Shown here: positions 39,573-52,960 of the stretch, one piece after another | Layout of the letters: each line of letters opens with the position of its first letter | Numbering within the stretch: the stretch's first letter is position 1 | Source: Camelus dromedarius | Lineage: Eukaryota | DNA: 64,000 nucleotides | Direction of reading: 5' to 3' | Assembly (NCBI RefSeq): GCF_036321535.1 | Contig: NC_087437.1 | Span: 52,144,001-52,208,000 of the forward strand | Translations under genes and position numbers: made by a program | The notes under the pieces: model-generated | The model's database searches: none | What the model was told of the DNA's origin: nothing | The model's input: only the letters and a program-made list of their open reading frames with translations

Positions 39573-42049
39573 AAAAAAAAAAAAAGAAGAAATTACACAT
39601 GAGATGTGTGAGTTGGAAGGGGGAGGGGTTGTTAGGAAAGATGTCCCTGAAACCATGATGGTATGTGGTTCATGTCACCTCAGGACTGAGTAAGAGTTAA
39701 CCAGGCAAAGAAGGGGAAGAGCCAGGGCGGCTGCCGCATGATGAACAAGAGGGAGAATGGTCAGAGACAGGGTGGTGAGGCCAGACCTGCAGGTAGAAAG
39801 ACACGGCTCAGTTTTGAGGGGAGAGTGACATATCAGCTTGGCCTTTCTCCTCACCTCCATTTCTGTCTGCTCCTCTCACGGGATGTACACAGATAAAGCC
39901 AGTCTAAAGCACGAATCAGACTTAACAATCAAGCTACCACCCTCTCCCAGTTTCACACTCAGATCTGGACTTCAGTCAAACCAGTGAGAGAGGGAACAGA
40001 GGAGGTGGAGGAAGGACCACTGGGCAGCCTGTGAAGGACAGGAGCCCTCACCAACAGCCTTCTACAGACCACACTGCTCCGGGCCACAATGTTGATGCCC
40101 TATAGTATGGGCAGCTGGTACAGGGAGGCTTGCCTTAAAAATCACATTTCCAAAAGTGCCATGAACCAGCAATAGATGAGAAGCTGTTAGCCACACTTAC
40201 CAGGTTGGAGCAGCCAATCTGAAAAGAGACATGATGAAGACTCTATACTTTTTCAAACCATGTTTAGTCCTACCTGAAGCCAAGTCTTCTGGTTTGAGGG
40301 ATAGATATATGCAAAATACCTTATGTATTTTAACAAGTAACTACCAGTGAACAACTAGAGGGAAAGAGAAGTGCAAAATGCATGCCTCTTACAATCCAGT
40401 TTGGGCCACACAAACACCCAAAACAGCACAAGAGGAAAGAGAAGTATTAAGTTGTGGGGTATACACTATATATGGTGCAGGAGCATGGAGAAGAGAGACT
40501 GGAAGGGCTTAGAAGAGGCTCCAAAGAAATGTGGAATGTAAACTGAAGAAGAGCTAGGATGTGGACAAAAGAAAGTAAAGTGTCAGGCTCTGTCAAATCC
40601 AGAGGTAAAAGAAGCGTGGAGGTCTAAGGCACAGTGGGGTGAACAGCGCCACTGGAGTAGAGGGTTCTTCTGCCACTGAGACCCAGTCTCACCCCAATAA
40701 TCTGGAAAGAGAGCAAGACCCTTCCCTTGCCTTGGGAGACTGGATACTGTAAGAGCCTCTCTACCGAATAAACTGGCACAATGGAACTCCTTGAACTTGC
40801 AGACAGATATTTCCAGTTGGGAAAGAGCCCCTTCTAGGGCCAGAGAGTTCAGAAACATCCAACAGGTAAGTCTGGCTAAAACAGGTCATAGAGAATGAGA
40901 ACTCTCTCAGACTTCTAGTCCTTTGAGGTGGCGAAATAAGGCTTTCATGGAGCAAATATGTCTACCTCTTTCTACTTAATCTGGGAAGTCCTACTTATCC
41001 ACCGGGAGCTGTTCTGTAAAGCTGGTTTTTAATACAATAACTGATTAGGAAAGGGATGGCTGAGGGAGTCTTCTCCCAAGAACAGGTCACTGAGGGTGAG
41101 ACGAAGCATGAAAACAGTACGTTCAGGAAGAAAAGGATGGCTGCTGACAAAGCACATTGGACTCAACCAGTATGTACTAAGCGTCTGCACTCTGCAGTAC
41201 AGAAAAACACTGGGAAAAAAGCTTGATGGAGGGAAAGAGGAGTAAGTGGGAAAGTGGCTGATTACGGATCATTGCAAGGTGAGAAAAACTGTATGAGTAC
41301 CACTCCTTTTTTGTCTGAAGATGGATGATGATAATGATAGCCATTACCTTTGACTTCTTTATAACAAGCCTTGACCTTATTGGCATTTTATTAGACCATC
41401 TCAGCCTCCTACTTTACTCTGCAAAAATCAATAGTGGATAGGTTTGAGTTATCCGACAACAGATTTCTAAAACTTCAGTTAGAAAAAATTTGAGAACAAA
41501 GAAGCTCCCCACAGGAGGTAGCACAAGAGGACACCTAGAACATGAAGACTCTGGTGCAGTTTCCTGCCATTCCACTAGCACACAGCTTAGCTCCAAAATA
41601 AGTTATTAGCAGCCACTAATCCAATGGACAGATATTCCTGACAGACTAAAGCTAAAGGAAACAGTATAAGACATCTGTCGCATTTATCTATTGATCTGGG
41701 GATGAAAAGTTCAGAAATTCACACAAAAACAGTGCTAACTAGTCAACCTGATCTAAGAAAAATAAGATCTTAAAGCATCTGTGCTTCGCACAGGGGCTCA
41801 GCAGGGACTCAGCAGATGTTTCCTGAATTTAAACAATATACCTTTGTTAAAGGTTATTTTTATAAGGAACATGTCTGTATGTTATTCAAAAACTTCATTT
41901 GCAAATTTATACAAACCCATATGGCATTCTGGAACTTTGTTTATTATTAATCATCCACAATAATAATAAAACACATTCTAAGTATCAATGAGATATAATT
42001 TAAAATGAAATAATTAACATTTATATATAAGAATTTGTATTTCCCAATA

Positions 42050-42675
42050 TAATGAAAGATGCTAACGTGCTCAGTAGAGGGCACTAGAGGGACACTATAG
42101 GAGGAAGGGGCTCTCGTTTCCTGCACACACGAGGAGTAGGGGTGATGAAATCTGGTGGAGCTCTATCCCAGCCATGCACCCAGAATGTGCAGTTCCTTGG
42201 CAACTTTGCAGTCTTGGCCTGGCCTGGTGATAGCCTTCCCATGAGCCTCTCCACATGGAAACCAACGTTCTGAAGGCCTTCTGCCTACATCACTCCCTTC
42301 TGCCTACCCAAGCTTCTGCCTGCTGTACACACCCACACCCTTAACTACTCACTGCTCATGCCTCCTCTGCACTCCAGAGGGCACTACCTGCCCAGCAACC
42401 TCACACCAGTGCAGCCTGGGTAGAGGCAAGCTTCTCTGCTATCCTGTGGGCTGAATTACATTTTCTCCAACAAGGTCTGAACCCGAACCTTGGGAAGGGG
42501 ACCCTCCTTCCACTTTTGTCTTTCCTGGGTATTCTCCCTCAGCCCAAGAGAAACATAGTTTCCTTGTATTGTTTGGTCACTTATTCCTTAGAGTTTAAAA
42601 ATTCTTTATATTAAACTTCCTTTGCATAATCTATCATGTGGTTTCCATCTTCTGATTGGACACAAACTGATTCAA
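42050..42675 (+). mobile_element. Old ERVL-type LTR (possibly LTR41-like)
   Basis: 3' end attaaacttcc...tgtggtttccatcttctgattggacacaaactgattca resembles ERVL LTR termini; family uncertain. Confidence 0.5.
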
Positions 42676-42773
42676 CAACCAAGGTCAAGGTGTAGAATTG
42701 ACTGTAGGTACTATTTTCCTGATTTGTGTACTGAGAAAATATAAGCATTATATTTAAAAAACTAAGTAGTTTA

Positions 42774-43121
42774 CAATGAGGTATCACCTCACACTGGTCA
42801 AAATGGCCATTATTAAAAAATCTACAAATAATAAATGCTGGAGAGGGTGTGGAGAAAAAGGAACCCTCCTATACTGCTGGTGGGAATGTAGTTTGGTGCA
42901 GCCACTATGAAAAATAATATGGAGGTTCCTTTAAAAAACTAAAAATAGAGCTACCACATGATCCAGCAGTCCTACTCCTGGATATATATCCAGAGGAAGC
43001 TCTCAATCAAAAAGGTACATGCACTCCAATTTTCATAGCAGCACTATTTACAATAGCCAAGACATGGATGCAAACTAAATGTCCATTACAGATGACTGGA
43101 TAAAGAAATTGGGAGATAGAT

Positions 43122-43172
<51 letters not shown>

Positions 43173-43637
43173 TAAAATATATATGAATATATATATGAAT
43201 ATTAGCCATAAAAAAAGAATAAAATGCCATTTGCAGCAATATGGATGGACCTAGAGATTATCATACCAAGTGAAGTCAGAGAAAGACAAATATCATATGA
43301 TATCACTTACATATGGAATCTAAAAAATGATACAAATGAACTTATTTACAAAACAGATTCATACACATAGAAAGCAAATTTATGGTTACCAAAGGGGGAA
43401 GAGGGGAGGGAGAGAAGGGACAAATTAGGAGTATAGGATTAGCAGATACACACTACTATATATAAAACAGATAAACAACAAGGACCTACTGTATAGCACA
43501 GGGAATTGTAGTCAACATCCTGTAATAACCTATAATGTAAAAGAATCTGAAAAAAGTATATATATATACATATAAAACTAAATCACTTTGCTGTACACCC
43601 AAAACTAACAACACTGTAAATTAACTACACTTCAATA
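42774..43637 (+). mobile_element. 5'-truncated L1 with complete 3'UTR and about 17-bp TSD
   Basis: ORF2 end plus 3'UTR to aataaaaaa; TSD aaaaactaagtagttta 42757-42773 / aaaaattaagtagttta 43638-43654. Confidence 0.9.
43114..43172 (+). repeat. (GATA)n microsatellite inside L1
   Basis: About 14 near-perfect tandem GATA units. Confidence 0.95.
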
Positions 43638-45147
43638 AAAAATTAAGTAGTTTATGTATTTGGAACCTAGACTAACAGACATTAAATCTTATTTATTGAA
43701 GCATTAATAATTATTTAGTTTAAAATTAGACAAACTGATAAAGAATTAAGTTTAATATTAACAGAACAATTTTAGAAAAATGCATTCTAAAACTTATTTA
43801 AAAGAACATTGTCTTTGTTACTTGAATATTTCTATATCAATAATTAATGTCAAAAATAACTGAGATAAATACAAAGAGAGCTTATTGAATAACCTTGCTT
43901 ATTCCCCTCCAAAGGAATGACATATAAAACTATTGAACTAAAAAGTGCTTTCCCTGAAAAAAACAAGCTGAAAAAAAATTGTGAACCACCTTCATAACAG
44001 ACCAATATATGTTAATCTTAATTTCAGACTGAAAAAACTCAAGGCAGGTTAGGAGTAGCTTTATGAATGAGATCAGAGCATTGTGGCTGACAAAGTACAG
44101 TAGAGATCTTCTCCCTATAGCCTGGAATATAACTGCTTAGGAAGAGAACAATGGAGAGAGAAAAAGGAGGAAGAACCCCTGGCTGTAAAGCATATGAAAC
44201 ATAAAAGAACCATTTGAGAAAAGAAATCCTGATTACAGATGAAGTTCTAGACAAAACTAGAGCAGCACATAGGAGCAGTATGTAAAGTAAACCTACCCAT
44301 TCAGCCCTGGGATGGGTCCTGCGGGAGCTTTATAGCTATTTGCCCACATTGCGTGTGGTAATTTATGACCAGAGCAGATGCTTGTATGGTTTTAGCCTAC
44401 TGATACAACGATGAGATTTGGTAACATGATAATGCAGATTTTCAAGGACTAATATGATTTCTCTGGGATTGGTGAGTTTTAAAATTATCACTTGAAAATA
44501 CAGGGGGGAAAAAAAGGTACCACCAGCAAAAATATATCTCCTGCAGAGAAACAAAGCCACAGGCCTTTAGGGGATAGGCTGTGGCTAAAAAACACTCCCA
44601 GAGGCATCAGCCTTACAGCAAGGATGAAGCACATCCCGGTGCAGTTGCTGTGATGTATCTGGACTAATCTAAGCAAATAAAACCATCCTGGGAATTGTCT
44701 ATGCAGATGGCTGGCTCAAAGAGATCCCCAGCTGTTTCTGCCAGAGGCATACCAATTGTGGAATTTTTTTTTCAGTGTTGCTAATAAAGAACCAAATAGG
44801 ATTTCTGTGACTCCTTTGCAGACCATGAACCTAAAATGTCAGGTGAGATCTTCTTGACGGTTTCAAAGAGATTAATGAGGCTTTTATTGCTTCTGTCTGG
44901 AATACCAACAGGACACATTCTATTTAAAACAAGTATCTCCAAGAGTTCACTGATTAATGCTAACAATTCAGGAAACCTACAGTGTTCCCATAAAACCTCA
45001 AAGGATTACAGAATGATGTGATAAAGGAAGAAAGTATTTTCTTTTACAGTAAACATTTTTATGAACCCACACAGGAAAAAATGTGTTTGTATAATGTATT
45101 GTCTAAGGAAACTTATTACAAAACTACTTATTTTACAGCTTGCTGAA

Positions 45148-45518
45148 TGTGATGGTTAATTTTATGTGTCAACTTGCAGGGTGGTTTTGGATGAGATTAA
45201 CATTTAAACTGGTGAACTTTGGGTAGAGCAGATTGTCCTCCATAATGTGGGTGAGCCTCACCCAATCAGTTGAAGGTCTGAATAGCGCAAAAAGACCAGC
45301 CTCCCTGGACAAGAGGGAAAGTAAACTACCTCTGGACTTCATCTGCAACACTGGCTCTCCTGGATCCCCAGCCTGCCAGCCCAAACTGCAGATTTTAGAC
45401 TCACCACTCTCCATAATTATGTGAGCCAATTCTTTATAATAAATCACTTTACACACACACACACACACACACACATATCCTATTGGTTCTGTTTCTCTGG
45501 AAAACACTGCATAATACA
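45148..45518 (+). mobile_element. MLT2 (ERVL) LTR with internal (CA)n
   Basis: Starts tgtgatggttaattttatgtgtcaacttg and ends cctattggttctgtttctctggaaaacactgcataataca; CA repeat at about 45451-45475. Confidence 0.88.
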
Positions 45519-46219
45519 GTGGGACTCATTTTATCTGCAACGGTGATAACATATTGCCATGGCAATATAATAAAATACGTCCAACTTTAACTTCCACTAA
45601 TGGGGAACAAATGTACCCAACTTTTTAGTCTAATGCCCTTTTCCCTTGATAGGACCACCCTAACAGGGGATCTTCAACCTCATCTTCAACTATCCCTCAG
45701 GTCAGCTGGTGAGCAGCAGCACTGAGATGCCCCAATCTTTGTTCTCTTACGGGCAAACATGCATGTGTATTATATAAAGTGATTAAATTATATGGTTAGA
45801 TCCAGTCTGATCCCCCTATAAGAAAATGATGGAATTCATACACATTATATTCTTCAGATATTTCATCAGGTTTTCTAATAACTACTGTCCCTGCTTGCTT
45901 TGATTACCAATACTTAAGATTTATAAATAGTTTAAATATTAATTTTTTTCTGATGTTATTCTTTATGCAGTTTCTGGTTGTGACAGTGAATAAGGCCAAA
46001 CTGCATTCTGAGTCTTATGTTCCAATTCAATATTATAAAATCAAAATTATATTTCTTTGAGATTATTTCATTTACTTTCAATGATTTCCTTTAGATATTT
46101 TGAGTTTTGTTTGAGTTTCTACCCCAAAGCCTGCATCCCTTTTCTAGTTACACAATGCTTATTATAGCCCAGGATCATCATTAGAAAACAACTGTCATTT
46201 CTAGTTTGGATAACAGTCC

Positions 46220-46825
46220 AGAAATAACTATAATACATAATAAAATGTGGTTAAGTGTTGTGATACAAAGATGTATAGCGAACGGAGGAGAAGCAGAGAA
46301 ACAGGAGAGGAATCAACTGCTGATGGGCAGGAAACACTGGTAAGAGATGGTGTCTGAGCTGGGTCTGGTGGCTGGAGGCTTGGTAGGGCTGGTCGGGCAT
46401 TCCAATCAGACAGCACAGTGTATACAAGCTCAGGAGTGTGAAAGAGCAAAGGTTTTCAGAGGATTAAAGCACCTGATATGGTTGGAATAAGTGGCAGATG
46501 TAAGAAGGAAAAGAGTCCAGATACATGAGTGGGGGCCAGGCCACAAAAGGCTGTGGAATCACTAAAGCATCTTAAGTGAAAAAGAAAACAATCAGAGCAT
46601 CTTTGTATTTTAGGAAGACCATTCTATCCCCATTATGGAAGAAAGATTAAAGGGTCAGGAAGAGAGGAAGACAACTTAGGGCTGGAGGAGAGGAATGAGT
46701 AAGAATCTGAATGAATGCAGTGCCAGTAGGAAAGGGATAAATTTTGTTTAAGACTTGATTATTTGATATGTAAAGTAAGGGAGAAGGAAGGGCCAAAGCT
46801 GGCTCCCAGGTTTCTGGTTTGAGCA
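46220..46825 (-). mobile_element. L2 fragment
   Basis: Purine-rich L2-antisense pattern (gtattttaggaagaccattct; ggctcccaggtttctggtttgagcaac). Confidence 0.6.
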
Positions 46826-47107
46826 ACAATACAGCAATAAGAAAAAAATCCCCAACAGACAAAATATGAATGTCAGAAAACAAAAAATAATTACCTCTGA
46901 GAGACAGAAAACAAAAGAGGTAAGTCTTACAAGTTCCCAAACTTACTGCCTTTAGACAATTTCCTGGCCACAGCACAGGGAAAGGCAGCCCAGGAAAAGC
47001 CCCAAGTAAATACACTGAGATGAGAGGACAAAGCTGCAAGTCCGGAGACGAACAGCTGAAGCACCACCGAGGGGAGAGCCGCAGAGGCCCCCACACACCT
47101 CCCCCGT

Positions 47108-47555
47108 CCTGTTGTGCTTCACTCTACTGTGCTTTGCAGATACTGTGTTTTTTACAAATTGAAGGTTTGTAGCAACCCGCATCGAGCATGTTTATTGGCT
47201 TCATTTTTTTCTAACAGCATTTGCTCACTTCATGTCTCTGTATCACATTTTGGTAATTCTCACAATATTTCAAACTTTTTCATTATTATTAAATTTACTG
47301 TGGTGATCTGTGATCAATGATCTTTGAGTTCCCACTGCAAAGTGATTACAACTCACCAAAGGCTCAGAGGATGGTTAGCATTTTTTAGCAATAAAACATT
47401 TTTAAATTAAGGTATTTTTTTCAGTTCTAAAAGACTACAGTATAGTATAAACATAACTTTCATATGCACTGAGAAACAAAAAACTGTGTGACTCACTTTA
47501 TTGCAGTATTTTCTTTATTGCAATGCCTGAAATCAAACCCGCAATATCTCCAAGC
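47108..47555. mobile_element. Internally deleted Tigger1-type DNA transposon
   Basis: gctttgcagatactgtgttttttacaaattgaaggtttgtagcaaccc...tgtgtgactcactttattgc...cccgcaatatctcc. Confidence 0.85.
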
Positions 47556-48059
47556 TAAATACTGATGAGGAATAGAATGAAAAGGATTAGAGGGAACATG
47601 GCCTGACACTCACACAGAGCTGGTCACACAGAGCTGGTCACACCAGCCAGTTGTGAAAAACTCATAATTTACAGGGCACTAAGGACAGTACTTAAAAAGG
47701 TCTTACTTATTTAGTACTGGAGAAAAATCAGCCCTAGAGTGAGCACTGCCCTTGACCCAGCTAACAAATCATAAAAACAAAAACAGAAAGGAACAAACTG
47801 TTTCCAATTAACTTAACTACATCCCAGAACCAAGCACAAGAATGTTTTTAGGAATATAAAAATACCCAACAACCAATAAAGTAAAATTCACGATGCTGGC
47901 AACCAATCAAGGATTACCAGACATATCATACAAAAAAGGGAAATACAACCTATAATGTGGAAAATATCAATCAAAATCTAGCCAGAGCTGACTAAGATGT
48001 TTAAATTAGCAGACACTAAAACAATGATTATAACTGTAATCCATTATGTTCAACAGGTA

Positions 48060-49290
48060 AGTAGATCCTGGGACAACTGGATATCCACATGCAAAAGGAA
48101 GAACTTAGGTCCCTACCATATGGCACATATGAAAATTAACTCAAAATGTATCATAGACCTAAATGTAAGAGGCAAAACTACACAATTCTTAGAAAACATA
48201 GGATTAAATCTTTGTGACCTTGAGTTAGGCAATGTTTTGTTAGATGTAACACCAAAAGCACAAGCAACAAAAGAAAAAAATTAATTGGATTTCATCAAAA
48301 CCAAAAACTTCTGTGCTTCAAGAAAGTGAAAAGGCAACCCACAAAATGAGAGAAAATATTTGCAAATCATGTATCTGATAAATGATTTGTACCAAGAGCA
48401 TATAAAGAGCTCTTACAACTCAAAAAAAACCACAATCTAATTTTTACATGGGCAAAGGATTTGAACAGTCAGTTCTCCAAAGAAGAAATACAAATGGCCA
48501 ATAAACATGTAAAAAGATGCTCAACATCATTAGCTATTAGGACCACAATGAGCTACCACTTCACAGCCACCAGGAAGACTACTATTAAAAAACAGCTAGA
48601 CAATTATGAGGGTGGGCAAGAATGGGGAAAATTGGGAACCTGATACATTGCTAGTGGAAATGTAAAGTAGAATAGCTGCTTTGGAAAACAACTTTTCAGT
48701 TTCTCAAAAAGTTAAATATAGTTATCACATGACCTAGTAATTCCATTCCTAGATATATAACCAAGAGAATGGAAAAGACTATGTCCATACAAAAACTTAC
48801 ACACAAACATTTATAGCAACATTAATCATAGCAACCAAAGAGTAGAAACAACCCAAATGACATTCATCTGAGGAACGGATAAACAAAATGTGGTATAATC
48901 CATACAGTGGAATCTTATAAGGTCATAAAAAGGAAAAAAATAATGATACATTCTACAACATGGATAAATCCTGAAAACATTATGCTAAGAAGGCAGACAC
49001 AAAAAGCGCATGTTGTATGGCTCTGTTTATATGAAATGTCAGAACAGGCATAGTTACAAAAAGAGAAAGTACATTAGTGGTTGCCTAGGTCTGAAGAGGT
49101 GGCTTGGGGGAAATGCAAGGACAGTGACTGACAGTGGGTACAGGGTTTCTTTGGCGGTGATGAAAATATTCTGGAATTAGACAGTGGTGACAGTTATATA
49201 ACTTTGTGAATATAATAAAACCCACTGACTGTACAGTTTAAAAGGGCAAATTTTATGGTATGAAAACTGTATTTCAACTTTTTAAATAAG
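48060..49290 (+). mobile_element. Old L1 ORF2 end and 3'UTR
   Basis: WDNWISTCKRKNLGPY...; [17 protein letters not shown]1M-type 3'UTR. Confidence 0.85.
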
Positions 49291-49539
49291 CAGAATAAAA
49301 CAGAAGAAAATCTAGTCTCATCCATAATGCAGAGCTTCTCACACTATGGTAGAACACTTTTGCCACTGTCATTAGTTTTAAATTTCCAATCTTATCCAGA
49401 AACTTTTATAAAATCCAATAGAAATGAATAACTAGGATGCAAAATGTAAAAAGACATACAACTAGAACCCTACCTTTTTCACAATTGGTTTCAATAAACA
49501 CGAAATTATTTTAAAAAAGAAAATAGTGATAACAGAAAG

Positions 49540-51810
49540 TATCTTTTTTAAAGTAGCCAGAGTGAAAAGACAGAGGAGCAAATATAGGAATGACAGCAGA
49601 TTTCTTGTTCAAAAATGCAAGCAATAAACCAATGGAACATTTGATTAAGTATTATCAACCTAGAATTCTATACCCAGAAAAAACATCTTTCAAAAGTGAA
49701 GGCTAAATAAAGATATTTTCAGACATACAAAAGGTGAAAGAATTCATTACCAACAGACCCATGCTACAAAAAAGAAAAAAAAAATTAAAGGAACTCCTTC
49801 AGGCAGAAGGAAAATGATACCAGATGGCAATATGGATCTACACAAGGGAATGAGGAACACTGGAAATGGAAACAACACGGGTAAATATATAAGTTTTTTC
49901 TTACTAAACTTTATTAAAAGATGAATGACTATTTGAATAAAAAAACCCCAATGTATTACAGAATTATAACCTACATAAAAGTAATGCGCATGACAACAAA
50001 GCACAAAGCCCAGAAAGGCAAAAATGTAAGTACACTATCACAAGGCTCTTACACTATGTGTAATATGACATAATATCACTGAAAGTAGATTATGATAAGT
50101 TTAATACTTTAAACCCTAAAGCAACCAGTAAAACAACAAAGAATCGCCTAATTGGTCAACAAAGGAAATGAAATGGAATCATACAAATTTCTCAACTAAT
50201 TCAAAGGAGGCAGAAAAAGAATAAAAAGGGAAGAAAAGAGACTAAATATAGCACGATGACACTCTTAAACCTAAGCACATCAATAGTCACATTAAACATA
50301 AATGGTTTAAACACCCAATTCAGAGCCAGAAATTATCAAATTGGATTTTTTAAAAATACCCAATTCTATGCTGTCTAAAAATATGCATTTCAAATAGAAA
50401 GACACAAATAGGTTAGAAGTAAAAGAATAAAATTAACACTAATCAAAAGAAAACTATAGAGTACATTAATATCAGACAAAACAGATTTCAAAGCAAAAAA
50501 TAATACCTTGGGTTTGAAAAAGGTCATTTCACAATGGTAACAGGGTTAATTAATTACAAAGACCTAATTTTAAATGTTTATGCTCCTAAAAACAAGAGTT
50601 TCAAAATATCTGAAGCAAAAACTGCCAGAACTGCAAAAAGAAACAGAAAAATGAACATTTATAATCAGAGGATTTCCATAGTTTTCTCTCAATAAGTGAG
50701 AGAACAAGCAGAAGGAAAATCAGTAAGGACAGAATAGAATTAAACTACACAATATGCCAACATGATTTTCACTGACCTTTATAGAACAAGGGCAAAATAC
50801 ACATTCTTCTCAAGTGTATATGAAATATTTTCCAAAACAGACCATATTCTAGGCCACAAACCCAGCCTCAATAAATTTAAATATAAAAGAATCCATGTCA
50901 TACAAAGCATGGTGCTTTGACACTGATGGAATTTAATTATACCTGTACACTGGAAGATACAAAATATTGCTGAGAAAAATTAAGGAAGACCTAAATACAT
51001 GGAAAGATATATCTTGTTCATGGGTTAGAAAACTCAGTATTGATAAGATGTCAATTGTCCCAAACTGATGTATAAATTCAACACAATCCCAATCAAAAAT
51101 CTCAGCAACTGACAAGTGATTCTAAAAGTCATATGAAAACACAAAGAACTTAGATAAGCCAAAACAACGGTTAGCGGTTTAACACTACTTGATTTTCCAG
51201 ACTTACCATAAAGCTACAGTAATGAAGACTGCACTACTGGCATCAAGATACACAACTAGATCAATGAAACAGAACTGAGAGTCCAGAAACAGTTTTATAT
51301 ATATATAATGGACAACATATAACTTCCATATACACATATAATTACACAATTTTCATCCATATAATTTTTGACAAAGATGAAAAGGCAACTCAGCAAAGAA
51401 AGACTAGTCTTTTCAACAAATGTACTGAAACAATTGGATATTCCAAAAAAAAAAAGAAATTCACTCCATACGTGATATCCCATACAAAAGTCAACTCAAA
51501 ATAGATCTTAAATATATATGTAAAACTTAAAACTATAAAATTTCTATAAGAAAACATAGGACAATTTTTATAACATTGGGTTGTGGAACGCTCTTAGATG
51601 ACATCCAAAGCACAACTCAAAAGAAAAATTGTTAAACTGGACTTCATCAAAATTAAAAACTTCTACTCTTCAAAAGTACTGTTAAGAGAATGAAAAGATA
51701 AGCTGCAAGTTGGAAGAAAATATTTGCAAATCATGTATCTGATAAAGGACTAGTATCCAGAATATATAAAGAATTTTCAAAACCCAATTATGCCATCAAC
51801 AAAACAAAAA
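49540..51810 (+). mobile_element. Old fragmented L1 (ORF1 end and ORF2 pieces)
   Basis: A-rich; caacctagaattctatacccag; gaagacctaaatacatggaaagatat; ggacttcatcaaaattaaaaacttct. Confidence 0.8.
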
Positions 51811-52192
51811 GACAACCTATCAACTTCTCTAAGGACAGTCTCTGCATTGGTACTTGTCTCAGTCCAGTGCTGCTATGACTGGGTGAATAAGCCTTCCAAT
51901 TCTAAGCTTCAGAATTTGGAACCCAGCTGCCAGCAAATACAAGCTGCATTGTCTAATTTAGATTTTATTAGAAAGAGGGTGATATTTTGGTTCCCAGATA
52001 CTTATTCTTGTCTTATTTCTCAACTGGCACAGAGCTCAGTGTAGAATGACAAATGCTATTTATTGAGCCCCCTCAGGAATCTCAACAAGACCTACTCTAG
52101 ATAATACCAAAGGAATACAAACATGATGTGCTTAGTGATTTGGCGATGTTCAGGGTGAGTGAAAAAACAAATGAACAAATAAATATTATAAT

Positions 52193-52551
52193 TGTTATGG
52201 ACTGAATGTGTCCACCCAAATTCTTATGTTGAAACTCTAACCCCACAATGTGATGGTATTAGGTGGTCTGGGAAGTAATTAGGTCATGAGAGTGGAATCC
52301 TAATGAATGGTATTGGTGCCCTTACTAGAAGAGATCTAGGAGAAATGCTCTCTCTGCATGTGAAAGAAATTTCTTTCCATAGCAAGAAGGCAGCCGTCTA
52401 TAAATTAGGAAGAGGACTCTCTCCAGAACACGACTGTGCTGGCACCTTGATCTTGGACTTCTGGCTTCCAGAACTATGAGAAATAAATACTTGTTACTTA
52501 AGCCACCCAGTCTATAGTATATTTGTTATTGCAGCCAAAAGGTGATTACAA
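52193..52551 (+). mobile_element. MaLR LTR (MLT1A-C-like)
   Basis: tgttatggactgaatgtgtcc...gctggcaccttgatcttggacttctggcttccagaactatgagaaataaa. Confidence 0.85.
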
Positions 52552-52629
52552 CAATAGCAGAGATAGAATGTCTTATCTACTCAAGGACTATATTTTAACG
52601 AAAGGAAGTCTTAACAATCTTGCCTTAAT

Positions 52630-52960
52630 TCAGGGTTTCTCAACCCTTCATTATTGGCATTTTGGGCTGGATAATTCTTTATTAAAAAACACTTTGTTGA
52701 GGTATTACTGACATACAAAAAGCTGTATGTCATGAAACAATCACCATAATCTATTTTATAACATATCCATCATCTCCAAAAGTTTAGGCTCGATAATGCT
52801 TGTTGTAGAGGGCATCCTGTGCATTCCAGGAAGTTTAGCTGCATCCCTAGTCTTTGACTCATTAGATGGGAGTAGCAACCCCCTTGGTGAACCAAAAATG
52901 TCTCCAGATGTTGCCAAATATCCCCAGGGTAGCCAAATCATCCACTGCTGAGAACTGCTG
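52630..52960. mobile_element. MER20 interrupted by a short antisense L1 3' piece (about 52690-52780)
   Basis: cagggtttctcaacctt...ttttgggctggataattctt [insert] ...aaaaatgtctccagatgttgccaaata...ctgagaactgctg. Confidence 0.75.

Larger units (their letters stand above)
36398..39587 (+). mobile_element. Processed (polyadenylated, TSD-flanked) copy of a non-autonomous class I ERV with a MER41-like LTR
   Basis: Leader, then gag/pro remnants, a 3' LTR U3-R from 39181 and poly(A) at about 39573-39587; TSD 36384-36397 / 39588-39601; no 5' LTR, PBS or U5 visible. Confidence 0.85.

Noticed and set aside
47611..47643. 14-bp tandem duplication cacacagagctggt x2
   Set aside because: Simple slippage inside a decayed L1-like region; no evidence of function
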